NCBI GenBank assembly: GCA_043228905.1
Contig: JBHGNT010000013.1
Coordinates: 6,758,001-6,822,000, forward strand
Length of the DNA: 64,000 nt
Direction of reading: 5' to 3'
DNA from: Azolla caroliniana
Taxonomy: Eukaryota > Plantae > Polypodiophyta
Shown piece after piece: positions 1 through 11,322 of this stretch (the stretch's first letter is position 1; each line of letters starts with the position of its first letter). The position numbers were made by a program, and so were the translations under genes. The notes beneath the pieces were generated by a model. That model was not told where the DNA came from and did not search any database. It saw nothing but the letters and a program-made list of their open reading frames with translations.

Positions 1-483
1 TTCATTCATGTCCCATATGGGGTTATATGGTCACATGAGGGTCATACATCAACAAGATATGTAGGGGTACATACCCCTCTAGCCATTCACACACACAACA
101 CAACTTACTTGCACTCTTTCATACCTACACACATGCACACAAACATGCATGTGCTCATACACATACGAACATACTCACACTCAATCTTATGCACATGTGC
201 ACATACACTTACAACCATAGAATGAACCATAAGTATCATACATGCATTCACATTCGAGAATGATTCAATCAAACGTGTATGGTAAATCATCTCAACGTTG
301 GATTGGATTTATATGTTGGAAAAAATATAAAGAATGGTATTGATTGAATCACATGTCATCAAGTTTCAATACTTAGGAATTACATTAGTAGAAAACATCG
401 CTACCTTTGACGTAGTTTTGATAGCAAGGTTTTTTTGTATTATCATGTTGTTTTAATATAAACATACATTTACGAAGAGAGAG

Positions 484-1024
484 AGAATTAGAATTAGAAT
501 TTTTATCGTCCATAAAGAGGCCAATTTTGACCTCTGGGACTAGAGTATACATGTGTTCTTCTTGATATATGTCTCCTTCCTAAGAAGGGGTATTCATATG
601 TTGAAGCACAAAGTCTCTATGTGTTAATAAAGCATACACATATGAGCTCAACCTTCTAGGTGGTGTCTTAAGTATGGATCTTAAGTTATCACTCCCTCTT
701 AGTATGTCAACATATCTTGAACGAATTGCACTATATGTCGAGCATGTGAAGAGAAAGTGACATTCATCCTCTACAATGCCTTCATTGCATACTTTACATG
801 TCTTCAAATTCGTTACATTTTGATACCATGATGCAACTTCAATACCTAACTTGTGAGATCGAGTGCGAAGTAGTGTAAGGGCTCTACGAGCATTGCTACT
901 CATATTGGTAACGAGATAAGGTTGGATACGATCAATAGACATTCTTGCTTTATATTGAGACCAACATTCAGGGTTGACATTTGCAATGTAGTATTCTAGC
1001 TTTGTCCTCTTAGCATCCTCCCAC
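484..1024 (-). mobile_element. 3' end of a non-LTR retrotransposon (RTEX/L2/Crack-like), continues at 6782-6837
   Basis: ORF 580-942 has the C-terminal motif LRTRSHKLGIE...CKVC...EDECHFLFTC; (ATTCTA)x3 tail at 484-500; the frame rejoins across the Copia insertion as MQYVMIEERLVESLRMKW/EDAKRTKLEYYIANVNPECWSQYKARMSIDR. Confidence 0.75.
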
Positions 1025-1406
1025 TGACGGGAACTAAAACGCTCCTTTTACACGACGCTCGGCCACAACCGAGCTTAGAATCATACACAAAAAACGGGAA
1101 ATAATGAACGACACGAAGAAGAGACGAGTACGCAGGATGTTTACGTGGAAAACCCAAACTAAGGGGAAAAACCACGGCAGCCCACAAGCTGCAAACTATC
1201 ACTATGTTAAAATGTACAACAGTGAGTTCACGAAGGCAACGACCTCGTGCTCACGATCCTCGCCACAGGCGGCGGTTACAACAGAGGCAACAACCTCTTT
1301 CTCTCTGTTACTCTGTACACAGTTACACGCTCTCTCTCTCCTTGCACCAACAAGAATGACAACAGCTCTATCTAAAAGTTTGCCCTAAGTCATATTTATA
1401 CTAATA

Positions 1407-1447
1407 TAGGGTTTAGGGTTTAGGGTTTAGGGTTTAGGGTTTAGGGT
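1407..1447 (+). repeat. Interstitial telomeric repeat TAGGG(TTTAGGG)5
   Basis: Directly visible; absent from the sister LTR; flanked by a 19-bp duplication GTCATATTTATACTAATAT (1389-1407, 1446-1464). Confidence 0.95.
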
Positions 1448-1544
1448 CATATTTATACTAATATGACTTTTTTTCTATTTACAAATATAGCCTCGATGGA
1501 CTCTCAGAAACATATTTACGAATATGTCTCTTCATCCGGTGAGC

Positions 1545-1870
1545 ATTCCTCACCGGGTCTGCACCATCCGGCTCTCCATAGCCAGGTACTCCTCATCCGG
1601 TTCTCACCGGGTCTGCACCATCCGGCTCTCCGTAGCCGGGTACTCCTCATCCGGTTCTCACCGGGTCTGCACCATCCGGCTCTCCGTAGCCGGGTACTCC
1701 TCATCCGGTTCTCACCGGGTCTGCACCATCCGGCTCTCCGTAGCCGGGTACTCCTCATCCGGTTCTCACCGGGTCTGCACCATCCGGCTCTCCGTAGCCG
1801 GGTACTCCTCATCCGGTTCTCACCGAGTCTGCACCATCCGGCTCTCCGAAGCCGGGTACTCCTCATCTGG
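1545..1870. repeat. 54-bp tandem array (6 units) in U3 of the LTR
   Basis: Unit CCGGTTCTCACCGGGTCTGCACCATCCGGCTCTCCGTAGCCGGGTACTCCTCAT; appears as an 18-aa periodicity in the ORF track. Confidence 0.95.
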
Positions 1871-1954
1871 TTTCGGCCTCGGCCGAGTTTGTTCATCAGC
1901 ACTGTTCTTCTCCCTTCCCATCCGGAGGAACCTGTCTCCCAACAAAATCCCCCT

Positions 1955-4900
1955 TCACTCCGTCATGGGGTGTCTTACTAGTCCGATCCTCTTCCGGCAT
2001 GCATCCAGCTTGTCGGGTATCAGCACTTTGGTCAGCATATTTGACCCGTTCTCGGACGTGTGGATCTTCGTCAGTGTGAACTCCTGGTCATCTACTCTTT
2101 CCCGGATCCAGTGATATCTCCGCTGGATATGCTTCGTCCGGGAATGATAGGCCGCATTCTTAGCAAGATGGATGGCACTTTGACTGTCGCAATAGAGTCG
2201 GTATTCATCTTGCCGGATACCGAGCTCTCCGATGAAGTCCTTCATCCATAATATTTCCTTGCCGGCTTCCACAGCCGCCATGTACTCCGCCTCCGTGGTT
2301 GACAATGCAACCGTCTTCTGCAGCCTCGACTGCCACGAAACAGCTCCCCCTGCATATGTCATTACATACCCGGATGTAGACCGGTTGGTATCCACATCAG
2401 CCGACATGTCCGAATCGGTGAAACGGTCAAGTTGAGGTTTTCCGGAGCCGAATCGGAGACACATATTTGAAGTGCCCTTCAAATATCGGAGTATCCATTT
2501 GGCCGCGTTCCAGTGCTCCTTGTCGGGATTGCTCATAAACCGGCTCACCACTCCGATTGCGTATCCTATATCCGGTCGGGTACACACCATTGCGTACATC
2601 AAGCTCCCGACGGCAGAGGCATATGGAATCTTCATCATATCTGCCTTCTCTGCTTTCGTCTTAGGGCTTTGCTTACCGGATAGCCTGCAGTTTGCCGAAA
2701 GTGTCGATCCGACCGGTTTCGCATTTGACATGTTGAACCGGTGAAGCACCTTTGTCACGTACTTTTCCTGTGACAACCATAATTGCTTCACTGACCGGTT
2801 CCGGATAATATGCATCCCCAACATCTGTCTTGCCGGACCCAAGTCTTTCATTGAGAAGGTCCGGTTGAGGGCCTTCTTCAGCATCCGTATTTTGACTTGG
2901 TCCCGTCCGACGATCAACATGTCATCCACGTACAGAAGGAGTATCAGGAAGTCGCCTCCTTCAAACTTCTTCACAAACACGAAGTGATCGGCCTGCGTCT
3001 TGTGGTACCCTTGATCGGCCATGAAGGAATCAAACTTCCGGTACCATTGTCGGGGAGCCTGCTTTAGTCCGTACAGGCTCTTCTTCAGCCGGCATACCAG
3101 GTGCTCCTTCCCTTTCTCCACAAATCCCTCCGGTTGCTGCATGTAGATCTCCTCTTCGAGGTCGCCGTGAAGGAATGCCGTCTTCATGTCCAGCTGTTCT
3201 ACCTCGAGGTCCATGCTTGCCGCTATACTCAGCACCGTCTGGATGGAGGTCATCTTTACCACCGGGGCAAATATCTCGTCAAAGTTCACGCCTCATCGGT
3301 CATAGGACATGCTCTGCATTCGGAAATCTCCGGGGCGCCCTTCTCTCTCTGAGAGGATATCTCCGTCTTCGGGCTTCGGTAACCGGCTCCTCCATTTGCT
3401 CTTCATCCGAATCCGATTCGGGGTCTTGGCCGGTTCCGGTTTCAACTTCCTCTACTTCTTCTTCCGCCTGTTCGGTATCCTCACCGTAACCGGCTAGTCC
3501 TTCGAGTGCTAACCAGTCTCTTGCCGGTTGGGTCTGCTCGTCGTAGAGTCGATCCTTACCGGTCGACTCAGAGTTCATTATCTTCTTCTCCGACTCCCAG
3601 TCGGCGAGCGTCTTGTCCTCCATGAAGATAATATCTCGACTCCGGAATACCTTCTTGTCGAGTGGGTCCCACACTCGGTAGCCGAACTCATCGTCGCCGT
3701 AACCAAGGAATATGCATGCCCGGGTCTTTGGATCCAACTTTCCTCTCCGGTCCTTAGCTACATGCACGTACGCGAGACACCCGAATACCTTCAGATGCCG
3801 GTAGGATACTTCCTTACCGGTCCAGACCCTCTGTGGCGTGTCTCCGTCCAAGGGTACTGAGGGTGATCTATTTAATACATATGTCGTTGTCGACAATGCC
3901 TCAACCCAAAACTTCTTGGGTAGTTTTGCATGCGCTAGCATACTTCGGACCCTCTCCATTATGGTCCGGTTCATCCTCTCGGTCAGTCCGTTTAGTTTCG
4001 GCGTCTTCGGCACGGTAAATTCGAGCCGGATTCTCTTCGAGCGACAATACTCCTTGAACTGCCCCCGGTATTCTCCTCCGTTATCTGCTCGAACCGCCTT
4101 CAGCTTCCAGCCGGTTTCTCTTTCCACTCTTGCGTGGAGCTCTTTGAAGACGGATAACACCTGATCCTTCGTCTTCAACGGTGTGGCCCACAGCTTCCGG
4201 CTGTGGTCATCTATGAATGTCACGAAGTACTGCGCTCCGGCATGTGACTTCGTGTCTACTTGACACACATCCGTATGCACCAACTCCAGTGGTGCATTAC
4301 GTCTCATCGGTGGCCTTGGTCGTAAGGAGGTCCGGTTTTGCTTACCGGCCAGACAATCAGTGCACTTCTCCAAGTGCACGATCTTCACTGGAATGAGGTT
4401 GTCGTCTGCAAGCGTCTTCATCCCCTTCTCGCTCATATGACACAGCCTCTTGTGCCACAGCTCACCGGCAGTGTCGGATGCCACGTTCACTTCTTCCGGA
4501 CATAACTGAGCGTTCATCAGGTACAGTGTGTTGACCTTCCGGGCCCGAGCCACAATCAAGCTCGCTTTGTTGAACTTCATCACACCGTTCCGGATGCTAC
4601 CCGTGTAGCCTTCATCATCTAGCCGACCGACTGATATAAGGTTCAGACGAACCTCCGGAACGTGTCGGACATCCTTCAGCAGCAACTTGCATCTGGTTGG
4701 TGTTGTCAGCCACACGTCTCCTATGCCGACAATTCGGCATGTACCTTCATTCCCCATCCGGACACAACCGTGATCACCGGATGAGTAGGATGAGAAGCAT
4801 TTCCGGTCCGGGGTAAGGTGGAACGACGCTCCGGAGTCTACCACCCAGGTCATCTCGTCGCCGGCAAGGTTGATCTCACTCTCCTCGGTGATGAGCATCA

Positions 4901-5760
4901 ACTCTTCTTCACTTGCCGCGATTACCGTCGTTCCCTTCCGGTCCGCCCCCCTCCGGTCTTTACCGTTCCGGTCCGGGGTCCGCTTCGAATCGGTACCGTC
5001 GGTTTCCTTGTCTTTTTGAAAATGTCGACAGTTCTTTTGGAAGTGTCCCGACTTGCCGCAATAGAAGCAAGTAGGCCTCCCCCTTGACTTTGACCGTGTC
5101 CCCGACTTCTCCCGGTTCTAGGGACTACAGTTTCTATGTCTTCCGCGTTCCGATTCGGTAAGGAGCGCTTTGGAGTCGGAGCTCGTATCTTTATCTTTCC
5201 GACGCGCCTCCTTATCTAGCAAGCTCAACTTTACTCTTGCTAGGGATAACCGTTTTCCTTCCGGCCCGGCGTTGCCCAAAGTGACAACCAACGTCTCCCA
5301 ACTATCCGGGAGGGAACCGAGCAGGAGTAGCGCTAGTACCTCATCGGCGAGAGGTACTTCCAATGAAGTTGCTTGGTGGATCAGCCCCTGGAAGGCATTC
5401 ATGTGCTCCGCCATGCTAGAGCCATCTTGGTACTGGAGTCTTACTAGCTTCCGGAATACCGAAACCTGATTAACAACATTTTTGTTTTGAAACATTATGC
5501 CGATCTTCTCCAAGAGCTCATGAGCCTTGCTCTCTTCTTTGAAGTTGTTGTATAGGCTCATGTCGATGAAGCACCGTATGTAAGCCGTTGTCTTTATGTG
5601 CATCACCTCCCATATCGCGGCGTCGATTTTGTCCGGTCTCTTGTCCCCAAACTGAACCGGCAACCAAAGATCTTTAACCACGAGCATGTCCCTCATCTTC
5701 GACTTCCATACCGAATAGTTGGAGCCGGTGAGCTTGAACATGCCGCCAAACGATTCGTCC
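1955..5760 (-). pseudogene. pol: Copia gag-pol polyprotein (zinc knuckle, PR, INT, RT, RNase H), disrupted
   Basis: PR WVVDSGASFH, INT HTDVC..FIDD..RADNGGEY, RT LYVDDML, RH KHIQRRYHWIRE; premature stop at 5118; deletion near 3290 removes the INT-RT linker and RT start (present in Copia-2). Confidence 0.93.
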
Positions 5761-5791
5761 AGTTTCTGTGTCGTTTTGCTCTGATACCACT

Positions 5792-6776
5792 TGACGGGAA
5801 CTAAAACGCTCCTTTTACACGACGCTCGGCCACAACCGAGCTTAGAATCATACATAGAAAACAGGAAATAATGAACGACACGAAGAAGAGACGAGTACGC
5901 AGGATGTTTACGTGGAAAACCCAAACTAAGGGGAAAAACCACGGTAGGCCACAGGCTGCAAACTATCACTATGTTAAAATGTACAACAGTGAGTTCACGG
6001 AGGCAACGACCTCGTGCTCACGATCCTCACCACAGGCAGCGGTTACAACAGAGGCAACGACCTCTTTCTCTCTGTTACTCTGTACACAGTTACACACTCT
6101 CTCTCTCCTTGCACCAACAAGAATGACAACAACTCTATCTAAAAGTTTGCCCTAAGTCATATTTATACTAATATGACTTTTCGGCTATTTACAAATATAG
6201 CCTCGATGGACTCTCAGAAACATATTTACGAATATGTCTCTTCATCCGGTGAGCATTCCTCACAGGGTCTGCACCATCCGGCTCTCCGTAGCCGGGTACT
6301 CCTCATCCGGTTCTCACCGGGTCTGCACCATCCGACTCTCCGTAGCCGGGTACTCCTCATCCGGTTCTCACCTGGTCTGCACCATCCAGCTTTCCGTAGC
6401 CGGGTACTCCTCATCCGGTTCTCACCGGGTCTGCACCATCCGGCTCTCCGTAGCCAGGTACTCCTCATCCGGTTCTCACCGGGTCTGCACCATCCGGCTC
6501 TCCGAAGCCGGGTACTCCTCATCCGGTTCTCACCGGGTCTGCACCATCCAGCTCTCCGTAGCCGGGTACTCCTCATCCGGTTCTCACCGGGTCTGCACCA
6601 TCCGGCTCTCCGTAGCCGGGTACTCCTCATCCGGTTCTCACCGGGTCTGCACCATCCGGCTCTCCGAAGCCGGGTACTCCTCATCCGGTTTCGGCCTCGG
6701 CCTATCGGCCTCGGCCGAGTTTGTTCATCAGCACTGTTCTTCTCCCTTCCCATCCGGAGGGACCTGTCTCGCAACA
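5792..6776 (-). repeat. 5' LTR of Copia-1 (985 bp) with an 8-unit 54-bp array (about 6255-6690)
   Basis: Adjacent to the PBS; direct repeat of 1025-1944. Confidence 0.95.
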
Positions 6777-6837
6777 CCCACTTCATCCTTAATGATTCCA
6801 CCAACCTTTCCTCAATCATTACATATTGCATAACATT

Positions 6838-6974
6838 GAGAGAGAGAGAGAGAGAGAGTGTGTGTGTGTGTGTGTTAGAGAGAGAGAGAGGGAGACAACA
6901 AAGAAGGAAAACGAAGGAAAAGAAAAGAGAGAGGCAGAGAGAAGAAAGAAGAAGAAGGACGAGAGAGGTATACG

Positions 6975-7058
<84 letters not shown>

Positions 7059-7260
7059 CAGAGAGGCGCGATGAGGGGAGAATCAGAAAATAAGAAGAAG
7101 AAGGAAGACAAAAAACAGGGAGAGAGAGAGAGAGAGGAGTAGGCGTAGGAGAAACAGAGTAGGATAAATGAGAAAATCAGAGAAACAAAGTAGGACAAAA
7201 TCAGAAAATCACAAGGAAAAGGACGAGGAGAAGAAGAAGAAGGACGAGGAGACGCAAGAG
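6838..7260. repeat. (GA)n/(GT)n microsatellites and purine-rich low-complexity tract
   Basis: Long GA runs at 6838-6858 and 6978-7053, GT run at 6858-6875. Confidence 0.9.
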
Positions 7261-7394
7261 GAATAATTATTCGTGGCTACATCGACATAATTGGGCAAGT
7301 GCTATAACAACATTCTTCTTCGACGACAAGCTCGAATGTCATCGTCTCTATTTCAGGTTAATCATCGTGCTGTTAATTTCCTTTTCTTATAATT

Positions 7395-8878
7395 GGGGCG
7401 TTGTATATATGGACGCAATGGATGAAGGAATAATTGAGAGACAAATAGAAAGTAAGAGAGGAGAAGGAGAAGATGAAGTTATTTTGAAGAAACAAAATAT
7501 TGGCATTAATAATATGCATGACGTGGATATAGAGATGATGCCAAGACCATCATATGCACATGTTATGGGAGAAGGTGAGGAGGAGAGGAATGCACAATAT
7601 TGGGATGTAATGCATGTAGTTGGTAATGAAGTACTACATGAGATTTTACCGGATACTACAGATATGGTGGCCAATGTAGAAGAGGATGACATTGTCGAGG
7701 TGGAGATGCCACATAGAGAAATCTTAAAGGCATTTTCCATGTTTCACGAGAGAGGCATTATTTGTTTCTTTACAGAGAAAAATCCTTTAGTAAATTGGGT
7801 GGCACAATGGCTAAATGCAATGATTGGTAGAAATAGTGTGGAAGATGTGTATAAAGGTCCACATGGGTTTTTTGAGGTCATTTTCCGAACCGAAGAACAA
7901 CAATATAGATTGTTATCGCGTTTGCCAGTCTTTTACAATAACAATTTAGTCTATATTGTCCCTTGGAAACCATTAGCCGAGTTTCAAGAAATTTTGAAAC
8001 AAGAGTGTCCAATATGGGTGGAGGCAGAGTGTAAATTTTTGTTTTTATGGCCTATAATTCAAGGTGTCATGGAACAATTGGGAAAGGTGATAATAGCCCC
8101 AAATGCCAAAGCATATAATAGATATAGGTTATGTATGCTATGGAATACAACAAAAAAGAGACCTTTGTGGCTAAACATAAAGACTAAGGAGATGAATGAG
8201 GTCATTCCGTTGCCAATTGCATTGGGGATCATTTGCCGATGCTTTTGATGTGGTCGTTTAGGCCATTTCATGGCAGAATGTCATCAAACACCAGAAATGG
8301 AGGTGACTAATAATTCCCATGGGAATGAGTTAATGCCAGACTCTATACTAAATGATAATGAGGTGTTGAAAAGTAAGGAGGCAAATGTGGAAAAAGGTAA
8401 GAATGTTGTTATTTTGGAACATAATGACAAAGATAATCAAGAAAGAAGAAAAGATTTAATGGATGAGGGTGGATCTTGGATTAAGGTGGCCTCCAAGATA
8501 AACAATCCAAGGTACCAAAAAGACAAAGTTTATGCACATAATGGACAAGAGAGGGGTAGTTCCTCTAGGGATCCTACGGGGTTATCACATACACATAATC
8601 ATGATCAATTGAAAGGAAGGTCAAAACCATGGCAAGGGTCACAATATAAACAATTCAATCAAGGGACAAAACCTTTCAACCTTAGGTTTGATAAGAACGG
8701 GAAAATCAATTTACCGTTAGAAAAACAAAATTGGAAAAGAGATAACTCATGGGGTATAATGGGATCCACCAATAATCATCGACCATTTGTGCAAAATGCA
8801 TTTGCAGTCTTAAGTGATTATTTCGGTGATATACCAAAGATATTAGCACAACGGGAACAAGAACAAGCCAAGAAGTAA
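7395..8878 (+). pseudogene. L1 ORF1 (frameshifted)
   Basis: ORFs 7367-8248 and 8270-8878 joined through a C-x2-C-x4-H-x4-C knuckle (GRLGHFMAEC). Confidence 0.75.
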
Positions 8879-8893
8879 TATAAATAGTGAGTG

Positions 8894-11266
8894 ATGAAGG
8901 TAGTCACATGGAATGTAAGGGGAATTTGTTCTCCGTCCAAGCAATATGGTATGTGGAAAACTATTTTTAATAATGAATGGGATATATTATGTGTAGTAGA
9001 ACATAAGGAGCATGCTAAATCTGGGTCTTCTTTTCATCGTAAGCAATATCACGTGTTTTATGCTGGAGGCAATGGGGGCCCTTATTCAGGTGTGATGCTT
9101 ATTATAAGGGATAGCTTGAAACTGGTAGTGGTTCAAAGAGATGTACATGGTTGGTTTTTGGTGGTTGAAGTTAATTATGAAGGAAAACATATTTGGGTGG
9201 TTGGTATTTATGGATTGAATGTTGCAAGACATCGTATGGAACTTTGGAGATGCTTAATCAAGTTTTGCTTCATGGGAGATCCGGTTTTTTGTTAGGGGAT
9301 TCTAATATGTGTTCTGAGGTGGGCCAATCTACTTCGATGCATGGCTTGATGGATGCTCCCGAACGAGAGGTATGGGATTTGTTTATGATGGATGTCGTAA
9401 GGTATGATGCATGGACTTGGATCAATGGAAATGATGTTGGTTATACCTTTCAATCGGCACAAAATAGATCAACTTGGAGTAGACTGGATCGCATTTATAT
9501 TATGCATGATGATACATTCTTGCTAGAGTTTTTGACTATGCAAGTGTATAGGGGGATTGGATCATCAGATCATTTCCCAGTTGTTTTGGAATGCACACAT
9601 CAAACTGTGGATGGTTTTAGAGCTTTATTGGGGGACAACCATTGAGATTTAATTCACCCTTTCTTGGACATGATAAATTTAAGCATGCTATGGGACAATT
9701 GGTGGGGGAGTTTACAAGACAAGTCAATATCCACGGTGTTTCGTCATGGGATGTTTGTCTTTCCAATATTCAACGGTTTACACGATATTATGGAATTTAT
9801 CAAGCATCTATCCGTAAACAAAAGATGAGTTGGTTACAACACTTTCTAGATAGATGTAATGCATTGTTGGTAAAGATTCCATTGGATGATGTGTTGTTGG
9901 ATATTCAAGAGACATTGTCACAGGCTTTACAAGTATTAGAGGTTCGCAATTATCAACAATCACGGGTGATGGCTATGAAAAATGAAGTACATGATCACAA
10001 CTGTAATTCACATAAGTTTTACCATGGGTTGCAGGCATCTCATGCTAGAATGAATGTGGTAAATGTAGAGATTGATGGAACTTTGAATACAAACCCACAA
10101 GTGATTATTGATAATTGTGTTAAACATTTCATGAATCTTTTTGGGCAAGATCGTATTATGAATGATGACATAACACAAGCGCAATCAATGTTATTTAACT
10201 CAGTCAAAGTGAGTGGTGGGCAACATGACATGATTGCATTGGAGGAGGATATAAAGGAGGAGGAGGTGGAATATGTATTATCACATCTTGCAATTGATAA
10301 AAGCCTGGGTTGGGATGACATTACGAATGAGTTCTTTAAAGCCTTTTTACATGAACTCAAAGCCCCTCTAACAATGATATTCCAAGAAATATGGAGTTAT
10401 GGTAAAATGCCCGATTCATGGAAAGTTGGTCTGGTTAAACTTATACCAAAAGTTGCATCTCCTATGTCATTTGCTCAATGGAGACCGATATCATTAATGG
10501 GTGGAATGTATAAGATTTTTGCCAAAATAATTGCAAATAGACTTCAAAAGGTGTTGTCGTCTATGGTCCATCCAATGCAATATGGGTTTATTGAGGGAAG
10601 GGACAACTTGCATAATATTTTGAATGTGCAAATGGCAGTGGATTATGCAAAGGAATCCAAACAACAAATTGTAATGATACAACTTGACATCGAGAAGGCA
10701 TATGTGACAGGAACTACACGCTCCGATGAACAACGCTCGGCCACAACTGAGCTTAGAATCAAACACAGAAAACGGGTAATGAATACACGACACAGTGAAG
10801 AGAGGAGTACATAGGATTTTAACATGGAAAACCCAAACTAGGGAAAAACCACGACAGCCCACTGACTGCAAACGATCACCACGAGCATGTCCCTCATCTT
10901 CGACTTCCACACCAAATAGTTGGAGCCAGTGAGCTTGAACATGCCTCCCAACGAATCGTCCATTTTTTTGTGTTGCCTTGCTCTGATACCACTTTGACAG
11001 GAACTACACGCTCCGATGAACAACGCTTGGCCTCAACCGAGCTTAGAATCAAACACAGAAAACGGGTAATGAATACACGACACAGTGAAGAGAGGAGTAC
11101 ACAGGATGTTAACGTGGAAAACCCAAACTAGGGAAAAACCATGGTAGCCCACTGACTGCAAACGATCACTATATCACAATGTACAATAGTAAAGCATCGA
11201 GGCAACGACCTCAAGCTTGCTATCTTCACCACAGGCGGCGGTTACAACAGAGGCAACGACCTCTTC

Positions 11267-11322
<56 letters not shown>

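Larger units (their letters stand above)
1025..1944 (-). repeat. 3' LTR of Copia-1 (920 bp)
   Basis: Direct repeat of 5792-6776; the length difference is fully explained by +57 bp telomeric insertion, -108 bp (two array units) and -14 bp. Confidence 0.95.
1025..6776 (-). mobile_element. Ty1/Copia LTR retrotransposon Copia-1 (Tnt1/Tork-like), full boundaries, defective
   Basis: LTRs 1025-1944 and 5792-6776 (TG..CA), TSD CCCAC at 1020-1024 and 6777-6781, tRNA-iMet PBS TGGTATCAGAGC at 5778-5789, PPT at 1945-1959, gag-PR-INT-RT-RH order. Confidence 0.97.

Noticed and set aside
1463-2114. Repetitive ORFs (RFSPGLHHPALRSRVLLI)n, also at 6173-7093
   Set aside because: Translations of the stop-poor 54-bp LTR array, open in several frames on both strands
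6826-7198. ER/LS-repeat ORFs, also 34819-35184, 105-290 and 63665-63959
   Set aside because: Microsatellite translations
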